Shown: positions 14,203 to 27,018 of the stretch, in pieces
How positions within the stretch are numbered: position 1 is the stretch's first letter
Layout of the letters: the number at the start of each line of letters is the position of its first letter
DNA from: Eledone cirrhosa
Taxonomy: Eukaryota
Direction of reading: 5' to 3'
Assembly: GCA_964016885.1 (NCBI GenBank)
Contig: OZ024740.1
Span: 248,186,001-248,250,000 of the forward strand
Length of the DNA: 64,000 nucleotides
Notes under the pieces: generated by a model
Told to the model about the DNA's origin: nothing
The model's input: only the letters and a program-made list of their open reading frames with translations
Database searches by the model: none
Made by a program: the position numbers and the translations under genes

Positions 14203-17200
14203 TAGCTCCTGAGCACTTGACAACAATGGCAAGCCAACAAGGAAGTTTGGCAGCATCTACAACATGGTGTAATCCAATTTTTCCAGCTTGTGCTAAAATG
14301 GCAGCTATGCTATCTGGTGGAGAGACTGGCACAACTAAGGAACAGCTAAATAATCTATCAGCCGTTAGTAGCAGTGGGGTGGCCATGCACCACAGTAGAG
14401 CCCCTGTCAGTAGTACTTGTTCCTTGTCCAATATCTCGGCTCGTGGATCAGACACCACCGAACAATCAGATGCCTCTCAGCAGCTTTCTCACCAAGTGTT
14501 GTCTTCTCTGGCCCTAGCAACACTGTCCAGTGAGCTGGACAAAGCAGGACTGACTCAGGAAATCTCCAAGTTAGCTGAAAGTAAGAACACGGACATTTCA
14601 AGTTTAGGAAATGACAAACTGAACACTCTAATAAACACAGATGTCACCACAGCAATACTATACCCTTCAAGTAGATCATTTTCATCTTTATCGCATCTCA
14701 TGTCATCTGATGTTAATGAACTCTTAAACAAGTCTATTACAACAGAAGAATTCCAACAGCCTAAAGTACAAGTTGATTGTAACAATGGACTGAACGGTGG
14801 CATTTTTCTTTCTCAACCAGGCCAGTCAAAAGAAATTGAGATATCGGTGTGTAGTTCTCTAAAAGACTCTTCATCAGGTGTTTTGGACAAATGTGCAATG
14901 GTGGAGAAAACTACATTGCAGGTGACAGTGGCCGACTTGAGCAACATCCTTGGTAGTGGCCTCTCGGCGATTTTATCTTCTAACAGCACTCTTGCTGAAT
15001 CTACCATAAGTAGTAGTCACAGTAATAGTGGCAGTAGTGCTGGGCTTGCTAGTACAACTACAGGGAGTGCAAATGTTTGTTCTGCTAACTCCCTGAAAGT
15101 GTCACTTGGAGCAGCTAGCTGTCAAGATTCAGCCAAAGGGTCCAACATCACGAGCATTTACACAAAACGGTCAGGTTCAACATCTGTGAATACAGTAAAT
15201 TGCTTACCGCATCTGTATGCCCCTGACTTACCCTTACCAAAGAGACTCACTGAATCAGTTCAGCGCCTAGTAAAGCCCCTTCCATCAAGTGACCACTCTC
15301 TACCTCGCATTCGTAAGTCTCCTGTCAGTAGCTCCATCCGACAGCAGGCAGTCAGTACGTCTACATCTCCTCGTTCTAGTCCACACCATGGCAAACACCC
15401 CCCAATTGGCTCGCCACGAGCACAGACTCTTGTAGATCACATACACACTTCATCTCAAGCTCCAGTTTCTCCTCTCAACTCATCATCACTTTCTTCTAGT
15501 CAGAATTCTTGGGTTCTCTCCAGCCATACAAGCACGCCTCAACTCTCAACTATGCATAATATGGTCCAGAGTCTACCAGCTCCCCTGGTTAGTTATACTC
15601 CATCAACTCTGGCTCAAGTGGCCTCATTAGATCATCAATCTTTCTCTCAGGTTTACCCTGGAGAAAACCTATCAACTCATGCAACTGCTTCTACTTCTGC
15701 TATAGGCAATGTCGCCCAAAGACTTGGCTTGCAACATTTAGAACATCAGCAGGTGCTGACAGATTCTCCAGAGGATAAAGCCTTAGATTCTTCTGAACGG
15801 ATTCTAAATTCTTTTGATGTGCCTGTAAGTCTTCACTCGTCAGTAATTCGACCATCCCAGCAGCATCAGCAGTTCCTGACGACAGCGAGTGGTATCACTA
15901 CGTTGCCTGCAGCATTGTCTGGAACCAAACAGCTGGACTTAAATAGAAATCTAGACTGTCAAGTTGAAGAGCATGTGGTTAATTTTCTGGCATCAGCCGC
16001 TAGGAAAGGCAGCACCCCTACTAACACGATCACCTCCACTACTATAACCACCACTAACACAGTTTCGTCCTCCCCCCTATGCTCTTCATCTTCCACATCC
16101 TCCTCCACACCCATTTCACACACTGCTGAAATATCTCATGGGACTCCTGTCTCCTATGTTGACAGTTTAGGGACTCCTAATATCCTCTCATCTTTGAATA
16201 TTGCTACCCATGCAAACCAGATGACACTGGCATCTGCTCTCCAGGCAAGTCAGCCGTTATCTAATATGACATTAGTTGAATCACACTATCAACAACAGCA
16301 GCAGCAGCAGCAGCAGCAACAAAATCATCATCAACAGCAACAAACTAACCCTAGGAGTGTTAACCAAAATGTGTCCCATTTAGCATTGGAACAGTTCCAG
16401 CAGCTTCAGGATGGTGCTAAGAACTATGAGTCTAGTAGTAAACTGTTGACACAGCCACCTACTGCTGTGCCTTCAAATGAAAGCCTAACCAGCTTCAATC
16501 AGCAGAACCTACCAGGTTTGAGTACAGAAGCAACATATGAACAACAGTTGTCAATGCAAAGTGTGTCTGCACCAGTTTCTGTTTCTGTTTCACTGCCTGT
16601 TGCTGGTCAGCAGGCTGCCTTGCAAACCCACCTCACTGAAGCTGTGGCCTCTAATCTCAACGTGCGCAATGGAAGCAAGATGTCGGCAGGAAACTCAACT
16701 GAAGAAAGTGAGAATTTGCAGAGTACAGCTTATGAAAATACACCATCACTTAGTTCAGCAGAAGAGAACAGTTTGACCACAGTTACAAATCTACAGGATT
16801 CAGATAGTGCCATAATATGCCCTGTTGAAACAGCTCAAGTCATCCCAGCTGTCTCACTTGAGCAGAAGACAAATGTAGGTAGTTTTCATGCTGAAGAAAC
16901 GGGTGGAAACACAGAAGACGAGGGTGACACACTAAATCACACTAATGCCATTAAACTCTTCGACCCTGCCAGTACAACATCATCTCCTGTAAATCGTGTG
17001 TGTCAACAAGCTGAGTTAGCTAACATGGGCAATGGAGAGCAGCATCACCAGCAATCGGAACATTCTCTCAGGGAATATGATTCTAGTAATTCTTCTGGCA
17101 CTGTAGCCGATTCACTCAGTGAAGGAATCAGTTCTAGTTCTCAAAGTTCAGGTGCTAACTTTAGCAACCCGCTGACCAGTAAACCTTCCCATGAGTTTAA

Positions 17201-17616
17201 TCTTGATCAGTCTAAGTTGGCTGCGCCAACAGAAGACTCTCATGGAACCTCAGAAGCTGATGTGGTTTTGTGCAACAATATAGACAGCCAGTGTGGAAGT
17301 GTAGCAGTGTCCCATGAATCTGTTAACGACTGCAGGACTATGGAGCAGGATGTTGCACAAGAAGCTAGCAACAATACTGATTCTCATCAGGATTCAGCTG
17401 CTGCCTCAGTTACAACTGATGGGCAACACCTGGAGAAGGATAAACAGGTGGAGAACTGTGTCCAGTCACGAGATTGGTTTCCCATTAAAGAGCCGTCAGA
17501 AAGCAATGTTACAAAACAGAGCGATGGTGGAAGTGGTTGTAAAGAATTGTCTGATGTCAAACCTCCACTTATTCGGCGTGGAAGGCCTGGCGCTCAGGAG
17601 CGGTCAGTTGCTAGCA
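14203..17616 (+). CDS. Large (3.4 kb) internal coding exon of a host gene; Ser/Thr/Gln-rich low-complexity region with polyQ, probably a nuclear regulator
   Basis: Open frame of >1100 codons. Polypyrimidine tract and TAGTAG acceptor at 14200-14205. Donor A|GTAAGT at 17616/17617, phase 1. An RRGRP motif lies near the exon end. The gene is not recognised. Confidence 0.9.
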
Positions 17617-19903
17617 GTAAGTTAGAGATTACTATTGGTCATTTATTAATATTCTCAGTTGCATTTAAAACATTTCAGCTTCCCTAATTGATTTTAAGAA
17701 TTCATTTGCTCCCTCCATATTCTTCATTATCTTTAATTTTTCGTCACTACTATTTTGATTGTGTTATGGTTTATAGATCTAATGCAGATGTTTCTTAAAG
17801 TGTGTGTAACTAATGTTTCTGTAGATGTGTCGCAAAATTAAATCTTAGCAATTTTTATAGATAATTAGCTCTGAAGTATATTTCAGCTGTGTACAACTAG
17901 ACATGAATGGTAACACGTGATATGATAATTTAATTGTTTACTTATTAATTTTGTTAATTATATTCTAACTAACAAAGCTTAATATGTCGCGAAAGATTTC
18001 ATTTTTAAAAGGTGTGTGTGTTACTACTAACTACTACTACTAAATTCATCCACTTCTTTGTTGTGACATGACAAAAATTTTAGATTTCACACAATCCAAC
18101 ATAACTGCCTATGCGATCCATCATAGGACCTGTGTATCTCTGGTTTAGAAAGCAGACAATTCTGTATCTTCCCCAATTACTCTTTTTAAATCTTGGACTG
18201 TGTTATCCAAGGTGTCCTTTTACAAGACACTGGGATATTATTTAAGGTACAATTGGCCAGCAGGTAGGGTAGCCATGTGGAGGCTCTGTTGGCTCAAATT
18301 TACTGATGTAAAGTTATCAAGTGGAAAAAGTCTAGGCTGGGAATTCACATTGTATTAACTGTCTTTTGTGATGTTTAGTACAATTTGTCTCAGTTTACTT
18401 AGTCATTAGTTTTTATAATGAAAATCTACACTATCCTACTTGGGAGATGATTTGTCTCAACTAGTTGAATTTAGCTAATTAAAATAGGGAAGAATATGAA
18501 ATTTTCAGTGTAACAACACATTATGAAATGTAATAAAGTGGAGTATGAACAAAAATGTTGAGTGAAGTTACTATAAGAAAGAAGATACCTAGAAGTTTTT
18601 CAGAGTCTAGATGAGGGTAAACGAAAATTTAAATCAAGCAGTATTATTTCAAGTTTAGGGAAGCAATAGTACTAAAAGCATTGGAGATGGGAAGACACGG
18701 TTTGAAAGTTTCAAGAATGTTAAAATTGATGTTCTGAAGGTGATGGGAGTGTGTAAAAGGAACATACAGGCTAAAAGGAAATTTGCCAGTGATGTAGCTC
18801 CGTTTTTGTACTAAGACAAATGTATTAAAGGATTTTTGTTTTGATTGAGGTGTGACCAACAAGTCAACAGGGACAATGGTCTTTGATTAAGTGAAAGTAG
18901 TTAGAAGATATACATTGTTGTGCTTTGTGACCAGAAAGTTATTGAAATGGCCTTTTGGATTTGGTCATGGTTTGGAGGTTGATAAAGAGAGCCCTCCATT
19001 ACCTTTATGGTTGTAGGGACACCACTAAAGATTTTATCTTTATGTAATGATTCAAAGGAGGATATAATTTTTTTCTATTTTTATGAGATTACAGTACACT
19101 ATTGCAAGGAAATGAAATATTTATTAATTATTTAATACTCCTACTTACAGTATTGACCTGTATCTCATCAAGGCACATATTTACAGCTCGGTAGACTAGG
19201 AAATTGAAAGTTAAGTGTTCTTACTAGGATATATGTTTTATTTACTCTCCAGCTATTAGTCAAGCTGAAATTCTTTCAGTTTATATGACCCTAATCAAAG
19301 CTAGAGGAAAAGCTGGTATTAACACATGATGATTTGAATTTGACAATGTTGAAATCAAAATAATGCCCCCTTCCTGTATTTTTAGCATGTACGCTAGAAG
19401 TATGTATAAAACAAATTATTAACCTCACCTTTGCTTCTGGCCTTCAACCAATATATTATTGTTTTAAAAATGTGCATTTTTTTTTACTTAATATTCATTA
19501 CTTTGAGCTAGACGGGAACTGGCAAACAATTATAACATCAGGTACTGATATTTGATTAAAAACCCAGGATTTAGATATAGTCTAGTGTCAAATTAGGTTT
19601 TACTTATGACTAGAGAAATATACAAACATAAAGGGAAGATAAAAGAAAAACTGAATGACATGATGATAATAACAATCATTTATGAGGAATGTGGCAATAT
19701 GTCGCAAAAGGTTAGAATTTACTGTTTGTGTACTGTTTGATGGAGGAGAAATACTCTTAGTATTGAATTATTTTGTGTATGCGCATAAACACTGTCCCTC
19801 TCATACACTTTCTCTCACCTCTTAAATTACCTGTACCCCCAACTGATCTAACTTACCAATTTGCATGACAAAAGTATATTGTTATTGTCTTCTTTTACTT
19901 CAG

Positions 19904-20038
19904 GTGTACGTGATCGTTCTCCTGTGAAAGTACGCAATAAGCTGTCTGATGTTGTTGCCCCATCCACAACTGAACAAAAGGAGGAATTGCCTGCCGAACC
20001 AGTGAAACGTTCAACACGTGGTTCGACTCGACCAAAAG
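19904..20038 (+). CDS. Penultimate coding exon of the host gene (135 nt)
   Basis: Acceptor tcttcttttacttcAG| and donor AAG|GTAAGG, phase 1 on both sides. Continues the frame as (S)VRDRSPVKVRNKLSDVVAPSTTEQKEELPAEPVKRSTRGSTRPK. Confidence 0.85.
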
Positions 20039-20069
20039 GTAAGGCATTTGTTTAAACTTGTGCTTCACA

Positions 20070-20400
20070 AGCCACCCTTAATTTGTTATGCTGCATGGGT
20101 TACTCTTGATCTGCCATGCTATACTTGTCATTTTTTCTGTTTGTGCCAATCTGACCACCCTTGATTTTTTTTCATCCCATATGAGCTATCCTTGATTTGT
20201 CATGCCAAACAAACCACTCTTTGTTGTGCCATACGAGTCACACTATGTTGTGCTACATGGGCTGCCCTTGATTTGTTGTCATATGAGCTACCCTACTTTT
20301 GTTGTGCCATACGGCCTACCCTCTCTTTGTTGTGCCATATAGGTTGCCTTTTATGTGTTGTGCCATCCGAGCTACTCTCTCTTTGTTATGCCATATGAGC
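20070..20400. repeat. Degenerate ~29-bp minisatellite
   Basis: About 10 units resembling ttgttgtgccatatgagctaccct. Confidence 0.7.
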
Positions 20401-20989
20401 AGCATGATGGGTGCGATAGTGATAGAAGAAGCAGAGTGATGAAAAGAGGAATAATGAAAGTGAGCAGAGAATTATGTATGTTTAGAAGAGGAAGCAATGG
20501 GAGAAAGATAGCAATAAAGAAGGATGATGTTAAGAGAGAATGGTGGGTCAATGAAGAGTGACATGGGATAGAAAAATATTGATGGCTAGCAGTGAAGAAA
20601 GTTGATGATAGTGCGTAGTGAATACAGACAAGGCCACTGCCATCACCTACTAACACAGGCCTTGTAATGGGAAAGAGGCAGTGACTACCACCATTTTAGC
20701 ACGTATTCTGTCATGCTTGCATGGGTGGACTGGTCAGTATCTTTGTCACTATTCATAGTTTAGTGTCACCTCCCTTGTGATGTTCAGCTTCTTGAAATTA
20801 CTCTTCCCAAATTCTCCCCCCCCCCTCTGCATGTTCCAACCATTTCAAGAACAAAACACTTTATGACTTAATGAATAATAATAATGAAAATGATTGTGTA
20901 CAGTGCTCAGGTACACTACAACTCATCAATGGTGCATGTATAGTACATAGAATAATGTACAAGCGTCAGGAAAGTGAACAGTGTATGAG

Positions 20990-22350
20990 TCATGATGTAC
21001 ACACACATACATACATGCATGTGTATGGAGGGGGAATAGCAGGTGAAGTGTTGGCAAATTTCAGGAAGCATGGAGGTTTTAAAGGATGTAGTGTCCCAGC
21101 AGCTAACAACTGATGCAGGTAGTTTGTTCCATGCTTCAGCAACTCTGAGTGTGAAAAAGTGTTTCCAAAAGTCACGGGAGCTGTGCTGTTTTCTGACTTT
21201 GTAGGCATGCCCACGTGTGTTAGACACATGGAATTCAAAAAGGTACTCAGGGTTGTTGTTGGAAAGATGGTTAATAATTTTGTGGGTGTTTACCAAGTCA
21301 GTTGCCAGACATCGGAACTTTAATGTATCCATGTCCAGGGAAGAAATGCATTCAAAGAATGGTAGATGCCTTATGGAGGGCATTCGCTTGGTTGCACGTC
21401 TCTGAACAGTTTCCAGGAGGTTAATATTCTGAGCAAGACAGGAGTTCCAGACTGGTGATGCAAATTCTAAGTGTGGCCACACCATAGCTATATACAGCTT
21501 TAAATAGATAGCTGGAGAGCCACTGACAAAGGTCTTGCTGAGTGATGCCCAGACATCCTCGGTTTTTTTGGTTTTTTTACAATTTTAAAAATGTGCTTTG
21601 TCCAACGCAAATTGTTGCTGACAGTGATGCCCAGGTAACGTTCACAAGAAGACTTCTTGAGATGAGTAAGTGAATGCTGGATTTTTCCTCCCAAAATGGT
21701 GGTAAACTTGTCCACAGCCAGCTTGAATTGCAAGTCCGTGATCCATCACTGCATTGTGTCCAGGTCTGATTGCAGTAAAGATCTATAGTGTTCAAGATCT
21801 GTCCTTTTTTATCTGAAGGTACAGTTTGATGTCATCTGCATATTTCAGCACTGTGGCATTCTTTAAGTTGGCATCTATGTCATTAATATATGCAACAAAT
21901 ACAAGGGGACCAAGAACAGATCCCTGTGGTACACCAGATGACATCTCATAGGATGAAGAATGTTGTCCTAGAACTGTGGCTACCTCTTTTCGACTGAGAA
22001 TGACGGACTTCAACCAGTTATAAAGATTATGTCACACCCATTGCAAAAAGTTTTGCCATAAGTCTTTTGTGTGTGGTACAGAATTAAAAGCTTTAGCAAA
22101 GTCAAGATAAACAACATAAGCTGCCATCAGTGATCCAGGTAATGTCTTTAAGAAACTCTATGATTTGATCACAGCAGCTGGAGTTAGGAATAAATCCAAA
22201 TTATGAGGGCTGGATTAGGCTGTGAAAATTCCAGAAGTTCCAGAGTGTTTTTCTGACACAGGATTTCATCAGTTTGGCGATGCAGCTAGTAATACTGACT
22301 GGATGATAGTTGACAGGCGATGTGCGATCACCTTTTTTGAACAGAGGAAT
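20990..22350 (-). mobile_element. Decayed CR1/L2-group LINE RT fragment in an intron
   Basis: Minus-strand motifs SGVPQGSVLGPLVF, KYADDIK, PHLEFASPVWN, VQRRATK and HFFTLRVAEAWNKLP, with frameshifts. Confidence 0.9.
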
Positions 22351-23039
22351 AACTAATATACTTCATACACATCACTTGCCTCTACCAAATATAGTCTTCC
22401 CTATGTCACACTACATTTTATTCCTCTTAAAATATCTAATTTTTCTCTCAAGCTTATTTGAGTCCTGTTGTCCATAGCAGATTAACATTATACACCCAGT
22501 GCAGCATGCTTTGCTATATTCTATTCTAGTCATCACAAATCTTAGGACGGAAGAAAATGTGACAAGTTGGGCTTCCTACAGTATCTCTAACAGTAACTCT
22601 ACTATGTGATCAGGACACCAAGTGCATTGGATTATGTCATTTGTACATGAGTTTAGTTATCTTTGAAGAAATTCAAGAATTTAGTTCAACACTTTTTAAA
22701 AAATCAATCCTTGAATACTTTGTAGTCTTGATTCTTAATTGCTACTCCTCATAAAAAAAAAGACTACATTTGGTTCTGATGGTAATTTTTACTTTCCCCT
22801 TATATTTATTAAACATTGTTTGTGTCTTTCTTCTTAATTATAAAGTTTTAAAATTGAAAGGTAAATCAGCATTTGACTTATACATAAGTTGCGTGTTGCT
22901 TTATGTAAATACTGTTTGCAAGTTTGCTGCTTATGTTTGTGTTTAAATAAAAAGAAAATAGCTGAAATAATCAACATCATTGCCAGTACAGTCTAGCAAA
23001 GTCTCAGGTCCATAGCAGATATATGTTCTGTGTATTTGT

Positions 23040-23690
23040 AAGGTATCATTGTCCTCATCATCTTCATTTAATGCATGTATTTCCATGAGTTGGATTGGTT
23101 GTCATGCTCTGAGACTAGATGGATTAGAGAGACCACTTCTTTCTCATACACTATATTTTGACATGGTTCCTTTGCTTGGATGCTTTTCATAACGTTATCC
23201 ACTTTATAGAGTATACTGGTGGCATTTTATTGTGGAATAAGCACTAACACTTTAGAGATTGCACTGAGAGTACTTTCATGGCATTAACAAAGTTTGTTCA
23301 TCAGCCACATTACAAAGGATATTAGGTATGTTCCATCATGATGTGAATACTAGAAAGTTTGTCTTATCTACTACAAGCTAAAAAGGGATCACTCTATGTG
23401 GTCTCTGATATCTCACCACAGTTAATTTTAGTGTTACAGTGCTTGTACTGTAGGGTGAATCTTTTCTATTATGGCAAGTCACCAGTCAACTTGATCAAGT
23501 ATCATTTTCTTTGAATAGTTTAATCATCTTGGTGACAATCTTTGATGGGCCAGCTGCCTTTCCTACTTTCTTATACTCAATCATTTTGTCTACCATATTG
23601 TATTTAACCTTGATGGCTGGTCCTTCATTCAGTTCTACTTGGGTAGATCGTCGCTCCCTCATGCATTCTTCTCATTTATTAATGATGTGA
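23040..23690 (-). mobile_element. Old RTE LINE fragments
   Basis: Reverse-complement tail motifs (ggatgcttttcataacg, cactttat) and an RT-linker remnant (gggccagctgcctttcc, tggtccttcatt). Confidence 0.55.
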
Positions 23691-23692
23691 TT

Positions 23693-23775
23693 GCGTATTG
23701 TCATAGGCTTGTTTGTTTTGCGTATTGTCATAGGCTTGTTTGTTTTGCGTATTGTCATAGGCTTCCTTGTTTTGC
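23693..23775. repeat. 27-bp tandem triplication
   Basis: gcgtattgtcataggcttgtttgtttt x3, near-perfect. Confidence 0.9.
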
Positions 23776-24173
23776 AGTAGAATCAAATCTTGCTTAAGCA
23801 ATTACTGTTTTGTTTATGCTGTAAGACATGAATGTTTAAAAGCCAATATACATACAGACTGATCGGTGACATGACCAACCGGCCATACATACTCAATTAT
23901 TTGGTGGTGAGTGCTATGATTTTCAAGTTCAGACTATAAGGGGTCAATAGATAAATCGCATGCAGTTTTCACATCCACTTGAATTTTTGGTTTTAAAAAA
24001 AAAAGATTTATATATTAGTATTTTCAGTAAATATTAATGATAGCATTGACTAACTTTATTAAAGTTTTTTTAAATAATTTCTTTGTGTTCTGACTTATAT
24101 TTCTTATATTTTGTTTGCATCTGTGCACAGGTTATCTAAATCTAATGATTATCTTTTTTTTTTTGTCTTCTAG

Positions 24174-24229
24174 ATTTACCAGATCAAGTCTGGCACAAGC
24201 GACGCCGTTCATCTCGCGACCATAGATGA
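24174..24229 (+). CDS. Terminal coding exon of the host gene (ends DLPDQVWHKRRRSSRDHR*)
   Basis: Strong acceptor (T)11gtcttctAG|. Phase matches the preceding donor. TGA at 24227-24229, followed by UTR-like sequence. Confidence 0.8.
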
Positions 24230-24389
24230 AAACTTGAGTTTGGCTGTAGTGGTGCAGTGCTGCTTGCGTGTTTGCAAGCTGTTGTTGTCAGTTCATTGTA
24301 CATAGCTAACACGTCATTATCCACTCCTTCTCCTCCACTTGTTGCTGGCCTGTGTTCTAGCTGTTGCCGTTGACACTTTCATTGAGCCT

Positions 24390-24983
24390 TCACGACAACC
24401 ACCACTACCTTTTCCATTTCCACAACTATCACCATTACTACCACAAACATCATCACCACCACAACTGTCACAACCACCACCACCACCACCACCACCAACA
24501 CTACCACCACCTCAACAACACTCTTGGATTTCTCCTCTCCTCTCTCCCTGTAACCCAGAATCATGCCATTTGTATTTCATACACAAACAAAATCCTCTCT
24601 TTCTCTCTGACATGTAAATAGCTACCAAGTTATCTGTACATATGTAGCACTACCGGAGTATTTAAACTATGGACTAAAAGCAATGCCGAGTTAAACTTCT
24701 GAAAAAGTGTCTGTCAAATGGAATGAAATCATTACATTAACCCGTCGGCATGTTTGTATGTGGTGTGTTTTACTATGATTGGGTGAAAGTGTCGAATGAC
24801 GAAAAACTTTGGATGGTAAGTGTAAAAGTGTGTAAAAATGTGTATGAAAGTGAAAAAGTGTGGAAATATAAACACTATTAAAAAAGACAATTAAAAAAAA
24901 ATTTGTTCACATACAAAAGAGTGTGGAGAGGGGGGGATAGGAATGTCGAGAATGTAAGTTGCTTGATTAAAAAATTAAAAAAA

Positions 24984-25028
<45 letters not shown>

Positions 25029-25617
25029 ATTATTGTAGGGCAGTGGATTGGCAGTATTGGTAGCACATGCTTTGTGGCATACAGTTACATCTCTTTACGT
25101 TTTGAGTTTAAATCCTACTGCGGTTAGCTTTGCCTTTCATCCTTACAGGGTAATAAAGTAAATTATCAGTAACACACTGGGGTCGATTTAATCGACTTTC
25201 CCCTCCTCCAAAATTGTTGGCCTTGTGCCTAAATCAGAAACCATGATTATTGGTGGTTTGACAGACTCATTAGAGCATTGGACAAAATGCCTTATGGTAT
25301 TTAGCTACAGCTCTTCACCCTGCTATGGTCAACTTTACCTTTCATCCTTCAGGAGGTCGATAAAATAAAGTACCAGTTAAGTACTGGAGTTGATAATAAA
25401 CTGTCCCTCTCCCTCCCAAAATGTTGGCCTTATGCTTATGGTAATAATCATTATTTAAGGGCAGTGGATTGGCAGAATTGTTAGCGTTGGACAAAATGCC
25501 TTTCATCCTGTTGGGGGGGGGGGGGTCAATAAATAAAGTACCAGTCAAGCACTGAAGTCAATGTAAATGACTTATCTCTCTCCACCAAATTGCTGGCCTT
25601 GTATCTAAATTAAAAAC

Positions 25618-25674
<57 letters not shown>

Positions 25675-26110
25675 TATTATCATTGAAGACGTTTGGATTG
25701 AATGCAAGTGGACGGTGTTAATTTTTTTTAAGTTACTCAAAAAAGAAAAAAAAAAGAAAAAAAGAACTTTTCCCCATCAAACTGAAACAGTTTTCTCCTC
25801 TATCTTACACCTCTCTCTCGCCCCTCGTTTCACATTGGAGTTTGCAGACTTGGTGATGGTGGAAGCAACTTGAACAAATGGTGGGAGACCCTGCAATGAC
25901 AGCAGAAAATGGTAGTTGTGGTGGTGGTGGTGATGATGATGGAGGAGGTGATGGTGATGATTATGATGATGGTGGTTGTGGTGGTGGTGCTGGCGCTGCT
26001 GCTGTTGTTGGCAATGGTGATGACGATGATGATGATTTTAATAACAATGATAAAAATGAAAATAATATTCATAACAAAATAATGGTGGTGGTAGTGGTAT
26101 ATCAACAACA
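24390..26110. repeat. Trinucleotide microsatellites (CAC)n, (ATT)n, (CAT)n and (GGT/GAT)n in the putative 3' UTR
   Basis: Directly visible at ~24400-24520, 24985-25033, 25618-25672 and 25910-26100. Confidence 0.9.
25038..25620 (+). mobile_element. Three tandem tRNA-derived SINE copies
   Basis: Head ggtggattggcag (A box), central gcctttcatcct..ggggtcgataaaataaagtaccag domain (Nin/Deu-like), and tail tggccttgtgcctaaa..gaaac(ATT/CAT)n. Confidence 0.85.
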
Positions 26111-27018
26111 GCAGCGGACTTATGTATAAAAATAAACAGTTGCTCTTGTCTGGACAGTGTATAAAAATATTCAGCAACAAACAAAAAAAAATATAAGAAA
26201 CTTGTCTAATTTAAAAAAAAAATTACAACCCAATAAAGACTCTCATACCAATTTATAGTAGCCTTCTGACCCTTTGATTCTCATCCCGGCTTTTTGCAGG
26301 AACCTATTTCTTTTCCTATTCTTTTTTTTTTTTTTTTAATCTGCACACTGACTAAAAAAGAATATATAAAAATATATGTATTTTTATTTTTATGTTTATG
26401 TATGTGGGATTGTGCATGTGTAAATGTTTGTCTGTGTGTTTGGGCATATATATCTATATACCTATATATACACACACACATACTTACATATCTGTTAGTA
26501 TAACTATGTATACATACATACATGTGTATGTTTTTATATATATATATATATAGTTATGTGAGTGTAATTTCGTATTATGAAAGAATGAGCCCTCAATGTG
26601 TAAACATAGAGGTAATATATTTTAATACTTGGCATTAGTATGCTTCAAAAAACTTAGAAAGAAAGTCTATGAAACTGGCAGGTTTTTTGAAGTGTATTAT
26701 TAATACCATGTAATATAATATATATATATATATATATTCCTATGTCTCAGACAACATTATTTAGGATCTCTTGTAATAGTTTTCTGCTTAAACAGAGGGT
26801 CTGTTCAATTCTACCATATATAAACATCTTGCCTCAACTTCTTAATTTAGCACCCCCACTCCCCTCAGCTATGATTACAGCTATTTCGCTAGCTACTCAT
26901 CCTCCTCTTCCTACTACTACTACTACTACTACACCCATTTGTAGAGTATGGCAATATAGAGGGGTTTCTATTATTTATTAGTAATATTATTAGTAATATT
27001 AGTATAATTATTATTATA

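Noticed and set aside
14217-17687. Single-exon 1156-aa gene as given by the ORF track
   Set aside because: The start is a TTG just after a strong acceptor, and the frame runs past a consensus donor at 17617. It is an internal exon.
24339-26180. Poly-Pro, His, Ile, Met and Gly/Asp ORFs
   Set aside because: They are trinucleotide repeats downstream of the predicted stop codon, with no splice or coding support.
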